From positions 6,324,001-6,388,000 of the forward strand of contig CM068756.1 of the NCBI GenBank assembly GCA_035084275.1: a DNA stretch of 64,000 nt, given 5' to 3'. Of the stretch, positions 28,273-41,000 are shown piece by piece. The notes below the pieces were generated by a model. It did no database searches. It was not told where the DNA came from and was given only the letters and a program-made list of their open reading frames with translations. Within the stretch, counting starts at the first letter, position 1, and the number at the start of each line of letters is the position of its first letter. The position numbers and the translations under genes are program-made. The DNA comes from Hydrolagus colliei (taxonomy: Eukaryota).

Positions 28273-29199
28273 TGAAAGAAATGCTAAAAAAGATGCCTAT
28301 ATATCCACATAAGGAATACCGTACACAACACTGAAATGAGGTGGTGATTTTTAAAGTGATTAAGGAACCAGTCATTTTATTGTGTAATAATGATTTTAAC
28401 AAGCTGTTAAAAGTTCTTTGATTGTTCAAACTGATGGCAAATCTACATAAAATGTACAGTTTAAATGATAGAAATAGCAGAAACAGAAAGAGAAATTCCC
28501 TCCACCCTCACCTAAGAGTTGTTCATAGTTATGGTGTAAATCTCATGAAGAACATAAGCAAAAATAATCTGTGTTTCTCTATCTCAATACTGTAATAATG
28601 CATACACTCTCTCATGCAGATATTGATTGCTAAAACTGATATCCAGCTGGCTCTGTCTCACTAGGTCAGTTTCTTTAGTGTTTCGATGTATTTGTAATAA
28701 GAAAGCAATCCTCCATGGCTAGCATCTGACCAGAAGAGAGATACACAACGTTCAAAGACATGGATTGAAAAACTGAACAAAAACGATTGCATTTACTGGC
28801 CTCTACGGTCTGACATTATTAGTGTACAGTAGTTTGAAGCCTCTTAGCCTCTTACAGTTGCATGTAGGTTTCCCTTAACTGATGAATTTGACCAATCTTA
28901 ACTTGAACTACTGTGCAAAGGTAGAGGTAGGAAACTGGTGAGGGTCATGCACTCACTGTTATCTCATGAATAAACCAAGACAATATCTTGACAGCACCCA
29001 TGGAGATGTCTGTGAGCTGCCCCACCCCCTGCCCTTGATGGTAGTAAGTATAGAGTGAGCATGTAAGTGATTACCTTTGAAGAGTAAGGATAATGCTAAT
29101 GAACATATGGGACTGTTTTAAAAATAAGTGAGTCTATTGTGACAAAAGCCAGTTTTGGTAGTGGTGCGGTGCAGTAAATTGTCATTTTAAAAATTCCAG

Positions 29200-29400
29200 A
29201 ATACACACACACGCACAGGTGGTGAAGTGGGGAGTACGCAGTTTGAAGAGATAAGGAGGTGCCCGGCTGTGAATGAATTTGTAGACAAGTATGAGGAACT
29301 TGAAGTCTATCTGTTCTATGATTAGCAGCCGGGGAAGTCTACTGAGTACTGTTTTGATGGGGATACAGTGCTTAGAGCGGATGGACTGGATACGCAGGCA
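29200..29400 (-). mobile_element. Older L2 fragment
   Basis: Minus ORF contains IEQIDFKFLILVYKFIHSRAPPYL, homologous to the L2 C-terminal motif at ~25230. Confidence 0.7.
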
Positions 29401-32400
29401 GAGGAGTTCAGGATTAGTTGGATTTTGTGGAGTTATCCTTACTCTTTTATTATTAATCTCATTGATCAAAATACATGCTCTCCATTCCAGAACGCCTATC
29501 ATCATTGTACTGACAAAGTTTGCTTTTCAAAAATATTTTATCTTGAATGGTGTCATTTGTTTCTATTTCATATTTACTCAAAACATGCTGCAATAAATTG
29601 GCTGTTGGAACATTGTAAAGATGACTTCTTATTTGGGCATAGCTCGATGTATTGTGCCACACAGTGGGAGAGTGTGGATTTGCAGCCATAATCCCGTGAG
29701 TTCCTGATCTCAGGAGTGCTGAATGTGGAGCAAATGATTCCACAGAAAGCAGAAGGAAATATCAGACTATGAGTAACTTTTGCTGTTTTTTGTGCACCCA
29801 ATAGAGCAAAAAACTAGATGCTTCTCTGCTTCTAGGCTAAGGAATGATAAATTGTACTGATTGAATAGATGAATTAGCATTTATTTATTTTTAAAATTCC
29901 TTATTTCTGCAACCGAAATAGAAATTCTGATCCAGGCATAAAATGGTCTTCTCAAATTATGCATTCATGTATTAGGGATTCAGTTCTAGTTCCAAAATCC
30001 CAATTTACTTTCATATTAAGTATAAGAATTAATCACATTTTAGTAAATGTGTTAGTCGAGATATATGAATTCAATATGTCTCATTATTGAAAGCAAAATA
30101 CAAGGCGCAGCAAAATGGCTACACTGTTACATTATGAAAACAGTGCAGCCACAAAATGCAGAAATTGTCTCAACAGGTGTATCAACCCAGCTTTAAACAC
30201 TCAAATGCTTAATCACCCTTGCTTATTATATCTTACATTTATATATAATTGTTTTATAAAATAATAAAGTGAATGTTGTTATATAGGCAAATGTGACAAC
30301 TAATCCGCACCAGCAAAGTCCCATAGCAGTTAGGCGAGTAACCAATTAAATTGAATATAACGGTAAATTTGAATTAAGAAGAGAATATGAACCAGGTTAA
30401 CCAGGACAAATATTCTACGCTTCTTTGAAATAGCAATGACAGATTGGTCCCTCTCTTTCCGACTGAATCACAAAGCAAATGGAACCTAAATTAACACAAT
30501 CAAAAATGATAACTTATGTACTTGTAAAATGTCAAGTATTTTGTTTTATTCTAGTGCAAAGACTATTTATGGTATCTACAAATATTTTATTTTGAAAAGG
30601 TCAGTTGAATGATACACTAACAAGGTACTGAATTTTGACAAGCCAACCCGGACCAATGTTGTACTGGGCTCCATTAGATCAGCCTTGCTTGCAAATGCTA
30701 ACACAATATACAGACCCAAAACAGTTGTATAATGTGGGGCAAGTTTTAAAATGTGGAAGCACATGTGGAAGCATTCATGCATCATTACACCATGCTGTAA
30801 GTTATTTCTCATCAGTTAACTCAAGTTGCTGGGCTGGGATCACTAATACAAATAAATCTAGATTAGGATACATTGCTTCAACAACTAATGCCTAAAGGGA
30901 GAATCCAAACAATGTCAAATTGGTCCCAATGAGAATGGATCCACTTTTTCTGTTGCCTAACAGTTCAATATACTATAGTGTGTTACTGACTTCACAGACA
31001 TTTAGCCACACACACACACACGCCAGCATATACTCCGATTAATGCTAAATAAATTACTTGTCCCCAAAAATGCAGAGCTGAGTTAAAATTGCAAATATTC
31101 AGACTGCAGCAATGTTTAACCTTTTGCAAACTATAACATAAGATTGAATTTCACAAAACGCATTAAAAATGTTCAATTTTGAAGATATTTCAAAAGTTTT
31201 CTTTTGCAACTGCAGAGATCATCACTCGAAAACACTAAAAAGTTATGAAGTCGTGTAGATAATAAGCACATAATAATACATGGTCTATGTTGGCTATTAA
31301 AATCAGTGTGTCATATCACGGATCTAATTTCATCCTACACGATTATATGGAAATATTATGAATACAAACATATTCCTTTGTTTGGCTTACAGATTTGAAC
31401 CTTTTTAATAAACTTGACTTCCGAATAAAAAAAATAAAAATTTATATTCTCCATTTTTAAATTTAAGATGCAGATCTGTAGATATTTACTAAATATAATT
31501 GTTAAAACAGACTTGGATTACAGTTGAAATGTGGAGAGATTATTGATTGGTGGTGTCAATATGTGCTTTTTATCCCAGCTGATCCTTTTCTGGTTGATAA
31601 CACCCAAAGATGCTGTCTATAAACCTCAAATCGCAGGCAGCAAGGCAAGCAAACCTGAGAATATTATGGTGTACAGGAGCATGGATGAGGCCAAAAAAAA
31701 ATGTTGCCTAGGGAACAACTCAAGACTACATAATTGCACTAACCAAATCCATACACCCTGTCTAAACTGGAAATGGACAATGAATTGTGATACTAACTTG
31801 GCATCTGTCGATGTTGCACTTACCTACTGCTGCCACCTAGCAATAAAATGGGCCAACTGCAGTAGAAAACGACACTTTTCAACGTAAATACTATTTCTGC
31901 AAAGGATGCTCAAATTGTGTTAATATAACAGTGCATTTTAGTATGGAAAATTAAGAATAAAACAGGACATCCTACAGAACACTGCTGGTAACACAATGAG
32001 GATTTGATTTCCGTCAATATCATAAAAGCTTAAGATCAAAGCATAAGTTTCATCAACTTTAACCTAACCCTGAGATCAGAGTTATGCACAACTTTTAGAT
32101 AGTCAAACAGCTCCCACAATTACTGCACAAGTTGAGATATTGTATGACATACCTGTGGAATCTTAATAGTTCCCTTTGTTTAGGAGATCATCATATCTTT
32201 CAAGAATCCAGACATTTTGTGAAGCCTTTCTAACAAATAGTTTCTTTTTAACTATGTGAAAAAGGACAACTATGTAAAATGCACTGTTATATTAACACAA
32301 TTGAATGTAGCTTGAGGGATGCCATGTCAAACTCAACAAACCAAACCTGCATAAGGAAAGCCACAGCAGAGTAGCTGAGAAGGCACAGCATTCGTGTCTA

Positions 32401-32710
32401 ACACAAACAGACCTAACAACAGAAATTGAGGGAAATTATTCAATAAAAGAATTGTAATGAATGCAAATCATATTGGCCAGCAGTTACACCTCTCATGTAA
32501 ATTTACCAATACTTTTGTAGAAATTAATAGAAAAAGTACAAAATTAGAAATAATACCTCAAATGCTGGGAAGCCACAATATGTGAATCAGCAGCTGAAAG
32601 ACAAAACCATGTTAATTGTTTCAGGCATGACCCTTCATCAAGATTGAAACAATAGGTGTGAGTGGGAAATTGTATATGGGCACTGGTATTTCTTAAAATT
32701 GAGCAAGTGC

Positions 32711-34093
32711 TTTTTTTTAATATAAAATATATATTTATTATTTTGAAACTTATATTTCCATCCCCGTGACAACACACGCCAAAAAATATACAATCCCCAC
32801 TGTGACAAGTGTGCAACGGCCCTGTCTTTATACACTCGTAAACAAAAACGCCCAAACCAAAACTTCCACCTGTTTTGTGGAAACAAAATTCTGTTCACGT
32901 TACAAACATAGATGCCTTTTACTCAATTTCCAAACGCCTTTTCCATTGGAAATTGGTTCCGGACATTACCTTCCCCCCATTCCCCTTTTAGAACCAGGGC
33001 CTCCTCGCTTCTCGACGCTGCTGCCTTTATTTACAGGGAGCGGTTAAAACCGGGCTAATCCCAGCTCTGCCAAGCTTCACTTACCGGATGGCAGGCCAAA
33101 TGAACCCCCACTCCGATGCTCTCCCCTTTATGGGGGGAGACTTTCCCCCACAAACAACACCACAAAGCATTGCGGGACGCTCTCTGGTTACAGGTTGAGC
33201 GTCGCTTTACAAACACTGAGCATAGGTACCCTGCTGCATTGCGTGTTGCGCGGTGCCATTACCCTACTTACACATCACGGAGCTGCCCTGGCCGGGGTCA
33301 GTCCCCATCTGACCTCGGCCGAGCCTAACTCTGGCACATCTCTGGTGATGTACTCCCTGACTCTTGCCATCACCAGTCTGTAGCAGGCATTCACCGAGCT
33401 ATCTCCACGCCTGAAGACCTCCTGGTTCCGGAAGACCCAAAAGCCTTCTTTTACCACATTGATGACTCTCCAGGCGCATTGGATGTCAGTGACCTTGTGC
33501 GCCCCAGCACAAGGCCGTACAGCACAGCGTGCCCGTCACAGCGGGACTCCCGGGATGAAGCGTGATATTAGCCACTCCGTCCTTTTCCACACCTCATTCA
33601 GATGACCCTAAGCCTCTATGATGCATAAAGGCCCGGAGAGACAAAACTCATTTAACTGCCATCCAAGCAACACCCTGGTGTTTGTTAGTCAGAACTGGGG
33701 ATGATACATTCTCCCAGATGTGACTGATGGTCGCCAAGGGATACCCCACCAATGGTTCCCTCACCTCTCTTTCTCAGATGGTGTCTACCACCGTCCTCGC
33801 GGACCACCTGGGAATCCGAGAGAGATCCACCCTGTTCTTATCCAGAATTTTTTCTATTTCTTTCAAACACCCAGGGGCACTCTAACCCAGAGGGGTGTTC
33901 CGTGGTAGTTCCACTATCCCTGTCCTTCTTAGCACTGGGTACAGATAAGATAGAAGCCAAGCATATATCTGCACACAGTGCCCTCATATCGGAGTTCCTG
34001 GCATACTCCCATGCAACCACGCACAAAGGTGGCCGCGAGAGTCCTGGCTACATAAGGGACAGCCTTCCCTCCATTTTCTGGAGCCTTATGCAT
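32711..34093 (-). mobile_element. L1/Tx1-like LINE, 5'-truncated 3' end (ORF2 C-terminus, 3' UTR, poly-A)
   Basis: Minus translations DTMHKAPENGGKAVPYVARTLAATFVRGC and WRVINVVKEGFWVFRNQEVFRRG...ARVREYITRD resemble the post-RT region of Tx1-like ORF2 (from memory of the family); ends AATAAA...A8 at 32711. Confidence 0.75.
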
Positions 34094-34970
34094 CGTGTCT
34101 TGTCACAGGGATGAAAATATATGTTTTAAAATAATAAATATATATTTCATATATGAAAAAAAAGGGCACAATCCATCATAGAACTTTAGTTACAAGACTG
34201 CTTTGCTGCTCATTTTTGTTGTATCTGTAAAGATCCTGTCTTGTCTATGTATGGCTCTGCAATTTACCCTACCCTTCACATGCATAACTACCAATCTGCA
34301 CACGGTAATGCCACTTAGATACCAGTTGATCTTTTTGGGACTTTTTGCTCATAGTCTATCTGATATTCCAATAGCCTCAGGAATACTGCATCGATGGAGG
34401 TGTCATCCTTTCGACACGGTGTTGAATGGGGGTCCTGCCTGCTTGTTCAGGTAAACATTAAAGATCTCGTAGCACTATTCTAAAAAAGAAATATATTTCT
34501 CCCAGGGTCATGCCCAACAATTAGCCAGATAAAATTGGCTGTTCATATCATGGTTGCTTGTGGGACACTACTGTGTGCAAATCAGTTGCTGAATTCACCT
34601 AGAGATGCACAGTTACACTTTATAGTGAATCCTGGGTCTCAGGACTATTGTATTTCACAATAGACTTATAATCCATTTATATCTCATTAGAAATATAATC
34701 AATGTGTAGCTTATCCAAAGCATCTGACAACTGATAAACTATTTGGACTAATTGCCTCTTGAACCCATTTATGTTGTCTGCTTCAATGGTCTTGCCTGGC
34801 AATTTATTCCACAAGTCTATTACGCTTGATGAAACTGATGAAAGTTACACTTGACTTCCCTTTTTACACCTAACTTCCTAATTTTTAATGTTTATCCCCT
34901 GCTGTTTGAAACCTTCCTTATATTGAATAATTTGTCTGGATCAATCTTGTCAATCGTTCTGAAAACTTTT

Positions 34971-35610
34971 AACAACAAAATTACTTTTATAGAGCTCCTT
35001 TCATGTCGGGAGGACGTCCCAAAGTGCTGAACAGTCAGGGTTCGGGACCCGAGCATGGGAGAGGGGCAGAGTTGGGTGGAGGGGAGGGGAGGGAGAGAGC
35101 CAGATGGCATGATCAAAAAGGAGTCTTGAGACTGGCCTTGAAGGAGACAAGGGAGGAAGCAAGGCAAAAGGACTGTGGGATGGGGTTCCAGAGTGTGAGG
35201 CTGAAAGCCTGGCTACTGGTGGCAGAGTGGATCAGGTGGGAGACATGGAAGACTGCAGCCCGCTGAATGGAGAGGGCGGACAGGTTGGTAGGGAGTCAGC
35301 AGGTCGGAGAGATAGGATGGAGCAAGGCTATGGATGGTCTTGAAAGGACAGAGATCTTGAATTCGATCATCTGGGGGATGGGGAACCAATGGTGCCGGGA
35401 AAGGGTGGAAGTGATGGGGTTGCGGAGCCTGGTGCGAGAGAGGACATGAGCTGCAGAGTTTTGGATGATCCGCAGATTGTGGAGGGAAGAGCTGGGAAGG
35501 CCGACAAGAAGGGAGTTTCCGTAGTCAAGCCTTGATGTGACAAATACATGGGTGAGAGTTTCGGCAGCCTGATAGGTGAGGCAGTGGCGAACTCTGGCAA
35601 TGTTACAGAG
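34971..35610 (-). mobile_element. L2-clade LINE 3' fragment
   Basis: Reverse complement resembles 25000-25640, including the tail (aacaacaaaattac...gtcgggaggacgtcccaa). Confidence 0.88.
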
Positions 35611-37296
35611 GTAATGGAATCAAGTTTTAAAAAGTTGCCTCGCTGTCTCCTCTTTCCCAAAGAAGGAAAGTCCCTTTTCCTTAGTGCAACCTCAGAATGT
35701 AAATTTTCCCAAGTATAATTTGCAACTGCTAAATGGCAAGAATGTACTTCAAAGCCAACAACTGCACACAATAGACCAGATGGGGTCTGTCAATCTAGTA
35801 TATTATAAGTCCTTGTGGCTACAATTAGAACACTTTTGGACAGGCAACTTTGTTCTTACAAAGATATCCAAGATATAAATATACTATTATACACTACAGC
35901 CCACTGATGTGCTCCAGCCATTTGGTGATAGTGCCAAAATACTGTAAATACAAATTTTGGGGGGAACAAAATCATTAGGTTTAAATGTTAGCACAAAATG
36001 CATGAAACACCAGTTTTGTTTCATTCTGTTCTTTTAAAGTTGTGGACTGGCGATTTTGTGAAGAACATTCGCAAAAGGTAATGGTTTTATAATTCATGTC
36101 AAATTTGTAATTAAGAAGCCCTAATCCACCGAATAATAATGTTCTGATTGCAGCAGTTCATTTGGAATGGAGATTAATTAAGCAACACCATCACTTCAGA
36201 TTTAAAAATATTTAATCAATAATGATTTTCAGTTATTTGGAATGTATTTTAGAAATATTTTTTAAAATGTGAAACAATGGTGCTGAAACTCACCCATCCA
36301 CATGAAAAATGAATGCTCCTGCAACCTAGGTATAAATAGATATGGTGTATAATCTAGAGAAAATCCTGTGGTTACTGCAGGTGTATCAAGAATAATATGG
36401 AGTCAATTGCATCACAATTCTCCAGTGCAAACATCACTGTGCAACATGGACACTGAATGCACTGACAGCTGGTATCCTCTTACAACATCTGCCACTGTAG
36501 AAAACACAGACCCCCTACATATAATTGTGAACATGAACATTGTATTATAAACAACAGCTATGAGGGAGCGTTTTCAAAGTTGTAATCGAATTCAAAATTT
36601 CAACAACAAAAAAACTGTTCTAAGATGCTCAGGGCTTGTTCTTTGAAGTTCATCAAGTCATTAAAATTCGTAAATTAGACCTGTATTGTGAAATCTCTCC
36701 CAGGTATCCATTATTCTTTTTGAATTAATGTACCTTGGGCACTACCTGGTGTAGGATCAGGCCGTACAAGACCAGAAGATTCCTGGTTCAAATCTGATAA
36801 ATCTCAGCTGGGGCAGCAGTGGCCTCAGTGTCCCCTGCCCTATCTAAATGAAGTGGAGAGGGATTTAAAGTAACTTTCCAATCCCAATTGCTATCTACTA
36901 GACACACAAAGTGTGCTTATTGTGGATATATGGCGAGGACAGAGTCAACCTTGGCTGATATAAAAATTAATCATTGCTTTAGATAAAGCATCCTTCACGT
37001 CCAGAGGCTGTCTCAAACCACTTCACATGATTGCAGATGGAATATTCGTTTATGGCCTCACCCAGAGGATATTTCCCCAACGCTGCATAGACTGGAGTTC
37101 AAAATCCCAACAATGGGGCATGAACTTACAATCTTTTTGCTCAGTATGAGGGTGACGAGCTGGGCCAGGCTGACACCCACATTAGAGAAAACCACCAAAA
37201 CAAATTACTGTACGAAATCGCTGCAAACTACCACACTCAAGAGATATCCACATAGGAAAATACCTACTCATACAGTTATGCTTTGTCATGCAAAAG

Positions 37297-37302
37297 TTTA
37301 TT
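37297..37302 (-). terminator. Candidate URI1 polyadenylation signal AATAAA
   Basis: AATAAA on the minus strand ~520 nt after the stop, with a GT-rich stretch downstream (gtatgagtaggtattttcctatgtg). Confidence 0.55.
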
Positions 37303-37822
37303 AGAAATGCACAACTTTACACTGTTTTGTCAATTTCCAGTGAACATTTTTACAACAATTGAAAATGTAATCAAAACTGGATGAGTTTGGTTTGAAAATG
37401 GAAAGATGTAAAAGTTTGGATTTATGTGCTGAATCAATAGAATAAACACAGCTAAGTTGAATGACTGCACTATAAATCATTAATCTTAAAGAGACTGAAT
37501 CTGACAATTTATAATGAAAACAAAGGAGCACTCGTGAAAATGTGCTTTATGGCTCAACTATCGGAACTTAAATAGGGCTGGGAAATACTGCATAGTGTAA
37601 CCATTCAAGTTCCAAGGTTTTTTTCTACATTTTTTTCTTAATTGACCAAAGATTAACATGAAGATTCAACTAAATGCACTGGATAAAATGTGTTGTGAAA
37701 TGCTTTTTAACCAGATAATTGTAAAGGGCTTCGTCTATGGTAATCTGAAATTTGTAGACATCATGTCCATCCATTTTTAATATAATCACAAAAACTTGAA
37801 ACAAACCGTTCCAAAGGATAGT

Positions 37823-38017
37823 TCACATTCCCTGCTGCATCCTGGCAGCTTTAAATTTTGAAACTCTTTTTGGAGGCTCCAGTGGAGTTTCAGGTGCACT
37901 GTCTTCTTCAGACACTTTCTTCTCAGGTATTGTGGGTAGGATGGGATGAGCAATAGTAGCATGTGGAATAAATGAAGGCGAGAGCAGTTCCTTTTCCACC
38001 ACAGTGCCTGAAAATGC
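37823..38017 (-). CDS. URI1: URI1 exon 11, terminal (AFSGTVVEKE...KRVSKFKAARMQQGM*)
   Basis: atag|GCATTT; 64 codons then TGA at 37825-37823. Confidence 0.96.
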   Translation of the reverse strand, partial: AFSGTVVEKELLSPSFIPHATIAHPILPTIPEKKVSEEDSAPETPLEPPKRVSKFKAARMQQGM

Positions 38018-41000
38018 CTATTAAAATGAGAAACATTTAGATTTACAAACAAAGAATGAAGTGCTTTCTCAACCCAGGTATAAATATGCTGTACACGTTT
38101 TATTCGCAGCACATTGCAATCCACTTTTTTTTTAGTAAAATTTATAGAAAACTATAGCCGGTTTTGTGGAGTGCTAAACAGCTAGTACTAAAAGTAGCTA
38201 ACAGCTAGTACTAAAGGTAGCTAAACAGCTAGCTAAACAGTACTAGTGATCTATGCAATTTAGGTGAGTGTTTATACACCAACACTTTTACTGTACAATA
38301 CCTACAAAATAATCAAATAAATAGCAAGCCTGTGGCTGAAATTTTACAGTGAACAAGAAGCCAGTATCTCTCGAGAAAGACCAGCCAGGTTTTATCTTTT
38401 GTACAACAAATGGATTTTATACGTCATGCATCTAGGTAAATAGCTATCGCATGATGGCTATCACTGTTCACAAATATTATTTTATAGTTGATGGTAATCT
38501 CAGACCGTTGATGAGATAGGAACAGTACACACTCTTCAAACAAACATATTTTTGCAGGTTTTGAGCTATAAGCAGATATTTAGTAAACAAGTTCTCAAAG
38601 AAGTAAAAAGGAACAAGCAGAATCATCTCACCTCAAATAAACCAGGACAAGGATGAGGTTTACTTGCAAGGTTTTCCTCATCCAAAATGCTGCATTCGCT
38701 AGCATCGCTGTATGTTGCTTCCTCGTAACTCAGTGATCGTAAGGTGCACCGTCTATCTTCAAACTCAGCTGTGCTGCTCTCACTTGTGTCACTGCAGACG
38801 CTGTTCTCCCGGCTGCGTGACTTCAGAATAGATTTACGAGGAATGTATTCTCCGTTTACAACGTCGACAAACATTCTACAGGAAAACAACGCAACTGTCA
38901 ACAACTGAGAACCATTGAAAGTTGCATAACTTATTTGCATGAACTGATTTGATAATATTGTGAAGAAGTGACATTTAGAAAAGGTAGAAATACCGATAAA
39001 TATCTGTAGGCGATTTGATATTTGGCAGTTCCAGATTTGAGTTTCCATTGCCATTGCTATCGCTGTTTCTCCTCTTGCGTTTGGCCACTTCCTTCTTCTC
39101 ACTGAATTTCAGTGTTGTGTTCCTGCCTGTGTTTATTCTTACCTGAAAATATCAATTTCCAAAGACAGATTGAGCAACAAATAATCTAGCGTTCAGCATC
39201 AACAAAACATGCTGTAGCCTAAGTGAGAAGCTATTACAATTAGAACCTCTGAGTAAAATGTTAACCTTTCTTTGCTCAGACAAGTACATGGAATATTTCT
39301 GAATATCGCTGTTTCTATGTTGGTTATTAAGAAAGGAAAATGTAGAAATGTACTCTGAATTACAATTATTTTAAAGCAAAGTCTTCACAGCATTCAACTA
39401 CTTAAATCAATGGAATTTAGTAGCTAGTCTTGGAATATTACAAACAACATTAGCACAAAATAGTTTTTTTGCTCTTTCTTTCCTGCCTATGGAGTAAGTT
39501 TCCTGGAGTAAGGTTACACAGCTAAAATAAACTAGTGAAAAATACCAAAGAAGATTATTATGGTTAATAATAACAGTAAATATATGAACTAATTCAGATT
39601 CAATCTGAATTAACATCATACATTATCAAAAAGTGAATTGGCATCAGCTTTCATTTAATTCCAGCTGTATAATCAGAATTTTCAGAATTTTAGAAATGGA
39701 AATAAAGCTTCTATGGTAATTTACAGTATTACAATGAACTAGAAAACTCTTTTGGCTAAAAATAAATCTCTGTTAAATTAAAACCAAAAGATCACTGGGT
39801 GGTTATTTCTTAATAATTGAATAAATAAAGCAGTATAGCTCCTCCAATGTTGTGCTCAAGGGACCATTACTAAATTTTTATTAAATAACATTAAAGTAAC
39901 AGCACCCAATATGGCCGTGTCATATATGTACAGAATTCTACTCAGCTCCATCCACTAAAATTAAGTGTGCAAACCAAGCTTTCCCTGCAACATTCTTTTA
40001 CTATTAAGTAATAATATTATTCTAGATTCCAAACTGTATAATCAATGTGTAATACTTGGGAGAAAATTTGGGGAGAAAATAAAAATGACGAATTATAAAT
40101 ACTTACCCTTTTGGGTTCCATTGTATGTGTGAAGAGTATTGTTGGCACATCATCATCATCATTATCATCCCCAGTGGCTTCACTGACATTTGCCTCTTGA
40201 CTGAGTCTGTGTTCTAAGCCATTCTGCTGGGTGGGAAGCAAACTTAATGTTGCAGTTTCTTCTTGATCAATATTTTCATGTTTAATCGGAAGATTGTTCA
40301 CATTAAGTACGCAATCCTTCTTGGGCTTTACAATTGTCACCTGTTCATCCTCAGAAGAGCTATTTTCTCCACTATTTCCATCAACTGTGTCAGACGTTCT
40401 GATTCAAAAATCAAAGATTACAATGCTGTTATCTTGGTGGTCTTGTTGAGGTTTCCTCAAGCCAATCGTTTCTATGAATGTAGCTACCAAAACTATTCAG
40501 TTAACCTTGGCTTCTAAGTACAGTACCTTTAAACCATGTCAGAGAGTCAAATATATAACTAGCCCAAAATAACATCATAATCAGACGTCAATGCAATAAG
40601 CAAGTCTGCAGCCGTTTTACTCAATGTGCCATTGAAACAAATATAATTGTAATACAGTAAAAGTCAGTATATCCGTGACCCGATCAACTGGATTGCTCAA
40701 CCCCCCTCCCTCACCCCCGGGGCAATTCCCCATTCCAGCAATCGCGAGTATGCTCACTTTGCACATGCGTGCAATGTGTGTGCGCATTGCACACATTAAA
40801 TTTATTAAAATTTACAAACTCTGGGTTTTCACCGATCGGTAAGAAATGCTTTTTTACTGATCATTTTACCGAGTGTGTTGGAATCTTTATTGGTAAGTAT
40901 CCATACAATATTCTATTACTATTTAGTATACTATTAATATGGTATGTTTTAAAATAAGTACATTTTTTGTGTTGGGTTTTCAGCAAACTGCCGCCCGATT

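Noticed and set aside
38623-39102. 159 aa ORF as a single exon
   Set aside because: Only its C-terminal half (exon 10) is URI1; the N-terminal half is exon 9 out of frame plus the 118 nt intron.
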